Positions 22,619 through 31,916 of a stretch of DNA of 32,000 nt are shown here, piece by piece (positions within the stretch are counted from its first letter, which is position 1; each line of letters opens with the position of its first letter). This DNA comes from Mycobacterium leprae TN (GTDB lineage: Bacteria > Actinomycetota > Actinomycetes > Mycobacteriales > Mycobacteriaceae): assembly GCF_000195855.1 (NCBI RefSeq), contig NC_002677.1:2640001-2672000 (forward strand). The letters are read 5' to 3'. A program made the translations under genes and the position numbers. The notes under the pieces were generated by a model, which saw only the letters and a program-made list of their open reading frames with translations, made no database searches and was not told the DNA's origin.

Positions 22619-23776
22619 GTGAGGTTGCCCTCTGGGGTGCGGTATTGGACGGTGCTCAACGAAGACCTGACGATGGTGGCCACGGCGAGGGCGATGTTGC
22701 GCCATGTCCGATTTGGTCGTGACGATTCGAAGCTGACCACGCGGTCGTATACCCGGGTGCGATCGCATTGTTCCTGAGTTGGTGTGTCCGTACCGGCCAG
22801 AACTGGCATGGGGACGTGGGGGCACTGGGGTTGTTCATCACCTGGCTGCGGCATGTAGGACCGCAAGCCAGCGCCGCAGTTGTGGTGGATGGGCACGTAT
22901 TGGCTGTTCCGGGCGTCTAGCTGGTGCGTGGTACATGGCGGATCAACGGTGTGCTGACCGCCAGTGCAGGGGTTCGTCGCCCACGCGGTGACATCCGGAC
23001 AAGCGTCTGGCGAGTTGATGCCACTGATCTAAGAGCCGACTAACAAGTGTGATCTGCCTGAACAGACCTTCGGTGAGCAATATCGAATGGCCTGGCGGAC
23101 GCAGGCACGACATAGGTTGCACAAGCCAGAGGCGGCAGTGTACCATGCCAGTTACGCCGAGATGGTGACACTGTTCCGGGCCTCTGGGTCAGCTCGGGAT
23201 CGACTGATCGTGTTATTGATTTGAGTCAGGGCCGTTTTGCGCTGAACCCAGTTATATAGACTGCAGCACTCTGGATGTCCATCTGCTGACCGACTCAAAG
23301 CTGCTGGGCTGTGAGATGCTACGGTATACCTGAACGAGGCGGATCGTCAGAATCCGAACGGGGCGTGAACAAAGTCCCGTCGCCAGGACGTGTTACTGCT
23401 GGATTTTCCACTGGTACAGGTATTCGGCGTCTACAATTTCGAGCGGTTTGCGCTGTGACGATCGGACAAGTCGGAATTCTTGTTGGTCAACCTGTTTCGC
23501 CAAACCAATCGGGGCGCCGATGCGGCCTTGGATGCGATTAACAAATTGATGGCCGCATGCTCGCTTCAGGCAGGGATTGAGTGTGTGACACAGCATCGAC
23601 TGCTGCACGCGTTCGGGCAGCAACCTGAACGACGCGGGTGCCGTCCCGGGCGAGATCACCGCCCTGCGGGGGCATGTGTCGATGAGTTCGTTGCAGGTCT
23701 ATCTGCATCCCGACCCAGGCCGATTATGAGAAGTAGTCGAGCTGGTCCAACATCCGCGCAAATCGGCCCGGGGTAG
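22619..23776 (+). pseudogene. Tyrosine recombinase/integrase (TnpA-like), pseudogene
   Basis: LPSGVRYWTVLNEDLTMVATARAMLRHVRFGRDDSKLTTRSY (N-terminal SAM-like domain). Catalytic-domain pieces are SARDRLIVLLI, NPNGA*TKSRRQ, HRLLHAFGQQ (HxLRH box) and, in another frame, GHVSMSSLQVYLHPDP (nucleophile Tyr region). Confidence 0.75.
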
Positions 23777-23837
23777 ACTGGTAAACACCGCACAAGCTAG
23801 CTAAGTAGGCCGCCCGAGCGGACCGACATAGCTACAT

Positions 23838-25670
23838 GTGTTCGTCAGCGAGCGCGTCAACCGGCACGCCGCGGTGATTGAACCTGCCTTCTTGGCGAGG
23901 CCGAGCGGGACCCACGACGACGTGTGCTGTCGTTCAGCACCCCAGGTAGTCCGCTGCTGGGCTGACCTGTGTGTAGGTTGCGGACTGTTCGACGACCGCA
24001 CGGGCAGCGTCGAGGATCTGCGCCTAATGTAAGCGTCGACTCACCGAACACGAGTTGTGTAAACACGAGATCGTTTCACTGCCATCGCAGAGTCGCCAAC
24101 GGTCGGTCCGCGAACCCGACACCTGCATCATTGAAGGCTTCACGCAGGAATGAAGCTTGGCGCAGTCGGGCCTGTACTCGGCTCACGCCGAGCAGCAACC
24201 GTGCGTTTCCGGGCGTCGACGTCGAGCAGTTCTTCACCCATCGTCAGGGGAAACAGTTGAGTCGCTGGCTTTGTGCGCGGTCTCCGCGTGCACCCACCAA
24301 AGCCGCCATCACGACAGTCGCTACTGCGATGCGCACCGGCACTGGCCTGGGTGGTGTGCGGCCACCACATCGGGTTGCCTGACACGACTATAGGAGTCAC
24401 TGCGGATGCGTAAAGACCGCGGCACACACCCGGCGGTGTTGGGGCGAGCCGATACGGAAGCGTTCCTGCACCGGCTGGCCTACCTGGAATCGGCTGGGCC
24501 GATTAGCGGCGAGACCCGGAAGTCCGCACCGTGCTCACACGCATCTCCGCCATAGGACTGACCCGTCCCGGCGGGCGCGCCACCGGAACGGGTCAGAACT
24601 GCACAATAACCACGACTAGCAAACTGAGGACGTCCCCAGAAATCATGTATCAGCTCTGCACACACCTAAATCAGCTAACCTCTCCAGAGATACATACCGC
24701 CATTGAACTGGCCATCGATCCCAGATAACGCCTGAAGAAATCTGCGAACTAGACTACGACTGCCTGACCCGAGCCGATGACGGACTTCCCGTACTGATCT
24801 ACGACAGCCACAAGGCCAAACGACCCGCACGCCGCCTTCCCATCAACAAGCAAATCGCCGCCGTGATTCTCATTTAGAGAAGCGGGTACGGACTGTCTAC
24901 CCTAAAATCGTAATCGGCAAGCTCAAACTACTGCCCACCAACCAGCGAATCCCGGCGGGCACCGGGCGATCACCGCCTTCAGCTTGGCGTTCGCCCCACC
25001 GAACAGATCGACCAAATGCCGTTGCTGCACATCGGTGCCTGCATCGAATACGACAAAGTCAAGATACTGCTCTCCACCTACCGATACAGCTACGCCCAAC
25101 GCCACGCCGAAGCCGACGTTCCCGTCGAAGTGCTGGGCGAACCAATGTCGCACCGCAAACTTGACACCGTCAAGTCGTCGACCACGCCACTGCATTGTAG
25201 TTCGACCGACACAGCAACCGCATATGGCGCCAGTCCACACCTTGTTGGATTCCTAGCACGCCCACCGCGCCGTCGACAAAGTAGCCGTCCCATTCAGCCT
25301 CTAACACCGAACCGTCCAACGTTAAGGACGGACCCATTCCGGTTCCGCTGCGCCGGTCGTGACTACTTCCGCACCGACGTCTCCTACCTGCCCGACCTAC
25401 ACTCCTAACGCTATGATCTGCTGCACAGCCACGAACTCCTGCGCCACCATCGACCTCGATGACTGGACACGTACCGACGGGGTGCCATCAGACGAAGAGG
25501 TCCGCCGTCTGATCGACTAGATCCGAAACTGGCTTGGCGAGTTCGAACATGGACAGCGATAACAACTTGAACAAGCCGTCACCGTCGTGTACCGCCACCG
25601 CAGCATCATGCGCGGCAGACCTGGTTACCCGCCAACCATTCCCAACCTGCGCCCGGAAAGAACCACATGA
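23838..25670 (+). pseudogene. Large tyrosine recombinase (TnpB-like), pseudogene
   Basis: ICELDYDCLTRADDGLPVLIYDSHKAKRPARRLPINKQIAAVI, TYRYSYAQRHAEADVPVEVLGEPMSHRKLDT, and the Cys-containing tail FRFRCAGRDYFRTDVSYLPDL. Many stops lie between the pieces. Confidence 0.7.
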
Positions 25671-26208
25671 CGACCAACACCACACCCTACCGACGACACG
25701 ATGATCGACGGCCTACACAGATGCCAACCACATTCTAGCCGTGCTGGACAACGCCGTCAAAGACGGCGTAGAACTCAACGTTACCGGCATTGCTCGACGT
25801 GCCGGGGTCGACCGCACATTCCTCTACTGCCACCGCTACCTGCTCTAACGAATCCACGTCACAGAAACCCGGCCAACTACCAAACCCGACATCAACCCTG
25901 GGTTTACCCGCTCTTTACGGCAAACCGACCTGCTCGTCACCCAGCAGCGCTGCACACGCATGGCCGCAAGCACCCAACAACTCGAGACCCACGCCTACCC
26001 GAAATTCTCGGCGAACACGCCTGGCGCGCAACCGGACTGGGCTCACCCATCGACATCGACGAATTCAGCAACGCATTGTCACTCTCGAACAACAAATCGT
26101 CGAGCTACGGCCGCAACTCTAAAGAACGCGACTAAGACCTCGCCGCTGCCCGCACCGCCAACCGCGAAACCATATGGACCAGCTCAACGTCTCCCAGCCG
26201 ACCGACTG
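25667..26208 (+). pseudogene. Small helix-turn-helix/coiled-coil accessory gene (TnpC-like position), pseudogene
   Basis: VKDGVELNVTGIARRAGVDRTFLY.HR.LL (HTH-like) and ...QQRIVTLEQQIVELRPQL (coiled-coil-like) are split over frames. The functional label is by position only. Confidence 0.4.
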
Positions 26209-26229
26209 AAAACAAATGCTTACACCACA

Positions 26230-26378
26230 CCTGTTGCCGCACCATATCCATCAACAGCCAACCACGCGAACGGCGGAAACACAGTTACACTACGGCAGTC
26301 TTACACCGGACCGTCGAGAAACACCGGCACAGCATCCTCGACTACGTCCCACCTGAGGAATACGAAAACGCCCACTAA
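26230..26378 (+). pseudogene. Second IS3-family transposase C-terminal fragment
   Basis: ...HRTVEKHRHSILDYVPPEEYENAH* resembles the conserved IS3 OrfB tail (W.N..R.HS.LGY.PP.E.E). There is no upstream DDE region. Confidence 0.4.
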
Positions 26379-26499
26379 CAGTCACGTGCGCTCGTTCCCT
26401 ATAGGCGATATATCTCAAGCAGGAAGCCGGCTACGAACCAAGAAAGATTCAACCTGATTCAGAAACCGGGCTGGACTACTACGACGGGGTCACCTCAAT

Positions 26500-27080
26500 A
26501 TTTCAAAGCAGACCAGCGGTATCGCACTACTCGCCGATCAGAAAACCATCTTCGAACAAGATCAAACAATCAAATCGCTAGCTCGCTCGCCACGATATAT
26601 GGATCCCAACCAACTCAGGATCAGCCTGCTGTTCCTTCCGCGAAGACATGACCACCAACGCAGCACACAGCGTTATCTTATACAAACGCATCGCTTTGAC
26701 GTCCTAGGCACAGAACCTCTCATATTCGCTATCGAATGCCGCGATCACCTCATCGTGTCCCTCTAACCCAGAAATCAAAGTCTCCCGCTGAGCACGGTTA
26801 TCGGCAATCTCTCCTGGCGACTTCATTCCACACAATGCTTCTGGAATAGCCCCGCGCGATGTCATGGATCTTAAAGGACGGTCTTCCCAGGCTCTAGCAA
26901 GAAGGCATCGAGCCACCGGCTGAAAATTCTCGGCTGTCTCGGCCATCCATATCGCCGATTGACCTGACCACTGCTCTTGCAGCGCCTGATCCACTCCTTC
27001 AACAACTCAAATGTGAAAGACATTTGATAAGCCAACACCTCGAAACGGTCGATGAAGTATCATAGTTCCCTAGAACCAGC
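26500..27080 (-). pseudogene. PPE-family N-terminal domain, pseudogene (low GC)
   Basis: The minus ORF 26704-26994 contains WSGQSAIWMAETAENF, MKSPGEIADNRAQRETLI and FDSEYERFCA. A TAG follows, then DVKAMRLY, which lines up with the PPE consensus Y.EMWAQDAAAMYGY with the stop at the Q position. The N-terminal part is out of frame. Confidence 0.6.
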
Positions 27081-27089
27081 GCAGTTACA

Positions 27090-27127
27090 TAATGCTACTA
27101 GAGTTAATCTAGTAGCATTAGATTAAC
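27090..27127. repeat. Two overlapping, mutually exclusive perfect inverted repeats
   Basis: Repeat A: TAATGCTACTAG (27090-27101) / CTAGTAGCATTA (27109-27120), loop 7 nt. Repeat B: GTTAATCTA (27103-27111) / TAGATTAAC (27119-27127), loop 7 nt. Both were read directly. Confidence 0.9.
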
Positions 27128-27222
27128 GTATGGCAAACTCATAACTAAGGAAGTCAAACAGGTGGCCGGAGTTGATCTTCAGTGATATTTTCTATCAGGC
27201 ATCTCTTCATTCCCTTCGGCTG

Positions 27223-27564
27223 TTAACGACTGCCGGCACTCGTATCGATGTTTGCGATGCCGGTATCATCTTCAGTTACATCAGTGGACGTTTTGGGTCT
27301 TGTGGTTCTCGGGTCCTCATACGCCTCGACCCTAAGGAGCAAATTTAAGTCGCTACAGGTCAAGAATCTTCGAGATCTGAGAGGATTCTGTTGGGTGAAG
27401 TGCTCGTGGAGGCTGCTCGCCACCAACTTCGACACACAGTCGTTAGCCAGGAGCACTAAACCTATGATTGCCGTATCCTTGATTTCACGCATTTCTTCAC
27501 TGAAGTTCTTCAAGTCAAAGGCTGATTGACACAACGCCGAGGTGTTTACGACCACAAAAGACAT
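27223..27564 (-). CDS. Highly divergent PE-like ORF (113 aa), open but possibly non-functional
   Basis: It starts MSFVVVNTSALCQSAFDL (PE proteins start MSFV..PE.L..AA.DL) and contains LLANDCVSKLVASSLHEHFTQQ (compare AAADEVSAAIAALF..H...YQ). The Pro-Glu pair and the YxxxD/E motif are not conserved. G+C is about 45% by eye. It sits directly upstream of the PPE remnant, as in PE-PPE pairs. Confidence 0.4.
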   Translation of the reverse strand: MSFVVVNTSALCQSAFDLKNFSEEMREIKDTAIIGLVLLANDCVSKLVASSLHEHFTQQNPLRSRRFLTCSDLNLLLRVEAYEDPRTTRPKTSTDVTEDDTGIANIDTSAGSR

Positions 27565-29536
27565 ACTAACTCTGCTTCTCTTAAGGAAAACCCTGCAATG
27601 CGTCATTTTTCTCTACATCAGCCACCCTCGGGGTTCTGAACTAGACGCCATTTGGGCGATTCAGTCATTGTGCCTTGCGGCTTTTTCTGCATGCCGTGAA
27701 TCTAGATCGTTTTTGCCCCATTAGATTCCTGCCAATGGATGATTAGCAGGTGGAACAGCTCTCCGCTCAACGTAGGACACGAGTGGGTAACCACCATCCT
27801 GTCCATTTATCGCTGGAAAGCTGTAAACATGTTCACCTGGAGCGTTCTCGATAGATAAAGATAGATGGTCTTCGAATCCGGAAGTGCCAACTTTCAGCAC
27901 GACCAATACGTCACCTAACGTTCCACCATAAGCAGATATACCGAACTGATCCAGCACCTGTGGTCCCAAGCCACTCAGGCAAACCACCATACTGCTTAGC
28001 GACATAGGACCCGCGCCCAGTTAGCACACTTATCGCTGCAGAGGTTCTTCATCACAAGCTAGCATTGGAGCATCGAATTGCAATGTTAACACTGCCTTTT
28101 CGGCTAAACCCGGAAGTGCGCGCACGGTCGGCTCCGGCCACGCGAATCCGGCTTTGGCTTCGTAGAGTGCGATATCGGTGGGCTGGGGACTGAAGTGCGA
28201 GAATTGGGTTATAAGCTCGGCGATGTCGAGCACCTAGTGCGGCAGATCCCATTGGGGACTGGAGCGCATGCTGCCAGGCACGGTGCAGCGACTTGGTGGT
28301 CCCCCGGTAAGTTGGTAGACGTCGCGCTGAGCGTCAGCGGCCAGCTTCTAGCACAACTCATAATAACAGCGGAACATAACCGGAGGCTTCGAAATAGAAC
28401 TGGCGAATGATCCGCAATTTCGTCATGGCTGGAGCCCTTGTCTTGGGTAAGCTCGTATTACTCCAAGCCAGCACCCGACATCCCCCGGAACATCAGATGA
28501 TAGGCGGCGGCGCTTACCGTACCACCCAAGCCGAGCCGTATTCACCGCCACCACGGCGCCTCCTTCACCGGCACGGTACGCATTGAACCGGGCACCTTGC
28601 GATCGGGATCGCCGTTGTACTTGCAATCGACGCGCACGATACCGTTCAAAGTATAGTGTAGTGCGCCGGGCTAATCTGTAGCTACGACACTAGACACGCA
28701 AGACAACATTCACTAAAAAGAATACACTAAATACTAAATTGAACCACTTGGTGCATACATCGCCGAAATCGTCATGAGTTCGACTATACAGTTTCTCTAT
28801 TGCAAGTCGGGCAACGAAACCGAGAAGGTCCGGTAACTGATCCCCACACGGGCCCGAAAGTACACCGCTCGGTTAAAAAGATCCGATGCGCATCCCTGAA
28901 GGGGAGCATGCTCAATTGAAGCAGCGGACCTGCCGGCTCGTTCGGCACCACAGCAATCACCGGATTTATCATGACGGCCGTGCTGATGGGCTACGCAGCA
29001 GCATACTCACCAGTAACCGAGGTTATGTTGGTCGACACGACCGAACGCATGTGAGACGCGAATGCGATGTGCCCCGCCGATTCAGCACACTATAGCGAAG
29101 ATCAAGCCAACGCCTAGTAGCAGGTCGTCGATGACTAGATCGCGAAGCAAAAGGGGCGTACGCCGGAAGTACCATCCAACCCCCAGTCCGTGACCTGGGA
29201 TCCGCCCAGCTTTACGCCAAACGTGGGAGGATTGGCGTCGTGAATGACGCTGATCCACAACTGGGCTACCACTTCCGCGCCGACTGGATAACCGGCCCCT
29301 GGCACATCGAATACCTGTACTGTCGAGGACCCCTTACGCCAACACCGGCTTTGCTAACTGTGACAGATGTTGCGTACCTGGCGGCCACGCTCGGTGGTGA
29401 GCCGAAAAGTGAAGTAATAAGTAATATAGTGATCCCGGAGTGCACCTCTCGTTGGTGATTTTCGAATTTCGTCAAGTCCAGGTTGATCTCGACAGTATTC
29501 AGAGCGGTCCTGGCGGCATCAGTGCCGATGTAGGTC

Positions 29537-29574
29537 CGGACGTGCCACCTTAATTGGGACGTGCCACCTTAATT
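29537..29574. repeat. Perfect tandem duplication, 2 x 19 bp (GGACGTGCCACCTTAATTG)
   Basis: I read this directly: 29537-29555 equals 29556-29574 with no mismatch. Confidence 0.95.
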
Positions 29575-30321
29575 GGTCTGTCAGTCGCCTTGGATGGCAG
29601 CAATCAACAAATCATCGGCGCCCTGCTGTGGACCCAGTTGGATGAATGATGAATTTCGTGCCGTTGTTAATGATGTGATAAGTAAGCTCCGCAGTCTGCG
29701 AATCCATGCTCGGCCGCAATGGCTAAGTGAATCAAACAGCCAGCCGCAACACTACATACCTCATACCTCGCAGATGCGTGACATCGACCGAGGACACTGT
29801 CATAGAAGATGGCGATGTTGACCCAGACCGCACCTGGCAGAGGAGTTTGCTCAGCAGCCGTGACCGATCAGTTCGCGACGACTTCATACAGACCTAGAAA
29901 CCCACGATCCGCCAACAAGGCGATCGGAATGACCAATCGCAGCCCCGCCGGTGTCCTGTCCCACACCCGCCGGAAACCGTGCACCACAGCCGGCGACGGT
30001 GGTACTGGGCTACCTAGCGAGCACGAGTTGAGGTCGATCAAGTTAGACACCTACTCCTACTATGGTCAGGCCCAAGACCCCGGGGGGTCGTACAAACGCT
30101 ACGGGGCTTTAGTCAAGCTATACTGGTAACGGGCCAGATACAGACAGGAATTTCGCCGCATCCGGTCAGGTGATTCTGCCCACATCGACCTTCGAGAGAG
30201 CCCATTCGATTGGGGGCTTCACAGCAAGCTACCGCATACTTGATGCCATGCTGTCTGCGACATCACCGCAAACCGTTTATACGGTGCTAAGTGGTGCGCT
30301 CGTAATGAGTCGAGGTTTCTG

Positions 30322-31872
30322 ATGGCGCGTTCCCACAATCCTCGGCACCGGCATCGCGCCATTCATAAGCCGTCGCGAATCCGCATAGCGCTGACTCGGA
30401 GCTTCATGACGCTCACATCGTTCGTCGCAGTGCTGCTGACTGGAGCCGGCTATTGGGTAGCCCACCGTGCGCTAGAAGACATCACCGTTTCGCAAGCTCT
30501 CACCACGGACGATCCGCGATCCACCGATAACAACATAAACATCTTGCTCATAGGCTTAGACTCACGCAAAGACCAGCAGGGTAATGATCTACCTTGGTCG
30601 ATCCTGAAGCAGCTGCACGCTGGCGATTCCAACGACGGGGGCTACAACACCAACACCCTGATATTGGTGCACGTCGGTGCCGACAACAAAGCAGTCGCAT
30701 TTTCGATCCCCCGCGATGATTGGGTGCCCTTCAGCGACGTCCCCGGATACAATCACATCAAGATCAAAGAGGCCTACGGGCTGACCAAGCAATATGTCAC
30801 CCAGAAACTCATCGACCAGGGTGTCACGGATCAGAAAGAGCTGGAGACACAGGGGCGCGAAGCCGGCCGGGCAGCAACCTTGCGCATAGTGCGAAGCCTG
30901 ACCGGCGTGTCGATCGACTATTTCGCCGAGGTCAATTTAGCCGGTTTCTATGATCTGACCCACACCTTGGGTGGTGTTGAAGTGTGCCTCAATCACGCCG
31001 TCTACGACTCATATTCCGGTGCCGACTTCCCAGCCGGGCGACAACGACTGGATGCTTCAGAAGCACTCGCGTTTGTCCGGCAGCGTCATGGCCTCGACAA
31101 TGGGGACCTTGACCGCACCCATCGACAGCAGGCATTCATATCCTCAGTCATGCGGGAGCTTGGGGACACCGGCACCTTCACCAACCTAGACAAGCTCAGG
31201 AGCTTGATGGCGGTGGCGCGCAAAGATGTCGTGTTATCGGCAGGTTGGAACGAAGACTTGATCCAACGATTAGGAACGCTCGCGAACGACGTAGGAGAAA
31301 ACCGTACCCAATTCCGGACGCTGCCGGTAGTACGCTATGATAACATCAATGGGCAAGCCGTTAACATTATTGACCCGGTCGCTATCAAAGCTGAGGTAGC
31401 GTCGACGATCGGCACCGCCTCACCCGCAACAGCAACTCCCAGCAAGCCAAATCCGTCCACTGTCGTCGACGTGATAAATGCCGGAAGATTGACCGGACTC
31501 GCCAGCGAGGTATTCCAAACGCTGAAAAAGCACGGCTACACTGCAGGTCAGGTCCGCGACCGCAGCTCAGGCGAGCCGACTACCACCTCGATCCAATACG
31601 GCGCCGGAGCAGACACTGATGCCCAGAACGTGGCCACCCTGCTCAGCATTGACGCCCCTAATCAAGCGGATCCTAAGTTGGCATCCGGACACATCCGAGT
31701 GATCGTTGACACCAATTATTCGTTGCCCGCCGACGAGGACAGCACAATGGACGAAACCATCACTTCTCAGAAGGTCGGAACATATCCTCCGTACAGCTAC
31801 AACACCAGCCCTTACCCTACGCCCGACCAAGGGAAACCTATCGACGGCGGTGGCATCCCCTGCGTCAACTAG
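30322..31872 (+). CDS. LytR-CpsA-Psr (LCP) family cell-envelope phosphotransferase with C-terminal LytR_C-type domain (Rv0822c-like)
   Basis: The 516-aa ORF has an N-terminal basic segment plus a TM helix (FMTLTSFVAVLLTGAGYWVA). LCP motifs are NILLIGLDSR, TLILVHV, AFSIPRDDWV and ALAFVRQRHGLDNGDLDRTHRQQAF. The C-terminal domain reads VVDVINAGRLTGLASEV...IQYGAG. GAGG lies 7-11 nt upstream of the ATG. Confidence 0.9.
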   Translation: MARSHNPRHRHRAIHKPSRIRIALTRSFMTLTSFVAVLLTGAGYWVAHRALEDITVSQALTTDDPRSTDNNINILLIGLDSRKDQQGNDLPWSILKQLHAGDSNDGGYNTNTLILVHVGADNKAVAFSIPRDDWVPFSDVPGYNHIKIKEAYGLTKQYVTQKLIDQGVTDQKELETQGREAGRAATLRIVRSLTGVSIDYFAEVNLAGFYDLTHTLGGVEVCLNHAVYDSYSGADFPAGRQRLDASEALAFVRQRHGLDNGDLDRTHRQQAFISSVMRELGDTGTFTNLDKLRSLMAVARKDVVLSAGWNEDLIQRLGTLANDVGENRTQFRTLPVVRYDNINGQAVNIIDPVAIKAEVASTIGTASPATATPSKPNPSTVVDVINAGRLTGLASEVFQTLKKHGYTAGQVRDRSSGEPTTTSIQYGAGADTDAQNVATLLSIDAPNQADPKLASGHIRVIVDTNYSLPADEDSTMDETITSQKVGTYPPYSYNTSPYPTPDQGKPIDGGGIPCVN

Positions 31873-31916
31873 TGGCGATCGCAAACACGGCGACGCCGAG
31901 CGTTAGGATCGCCACT
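31871..31916 (+). terminator. Possible stem-loop just after the LCP stop codon
   Basis: AGTGGCGATC (31871-31880) pairs perfectly with GATCGCCACT (31907-31916). The loop is large (26 nt) and there is no U-tract, so a terminator function is uncertain. Confidence 0.3.

Larger units (their letters stand above)
22619..26208 (+). mobile_element. Decayed Tn554-like module: tyrosine recombinase A, large tyrosine recombinase B, small C gene
   Basis: Three co-oriented genes of about 385, 610 and 180 codons. The B stop and C start overlap as ATGA at 25667-25670. Sizes and order parallel tnpA-tnpB-tnpC of Tn554. All three carry stops or frameshifts. Confidence 0.55.

Noticed and set aside
25701-26457. 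Three overlapping 110-165-aa + ORFs rich in Pro/Thr/His/Gln/Asn
   Set aside because: These are composition artefacts of the C/A-rich, G-poor tract, where stops are rare. The real signal is the frameshifted TnpC-like gene and the IS3 tail.
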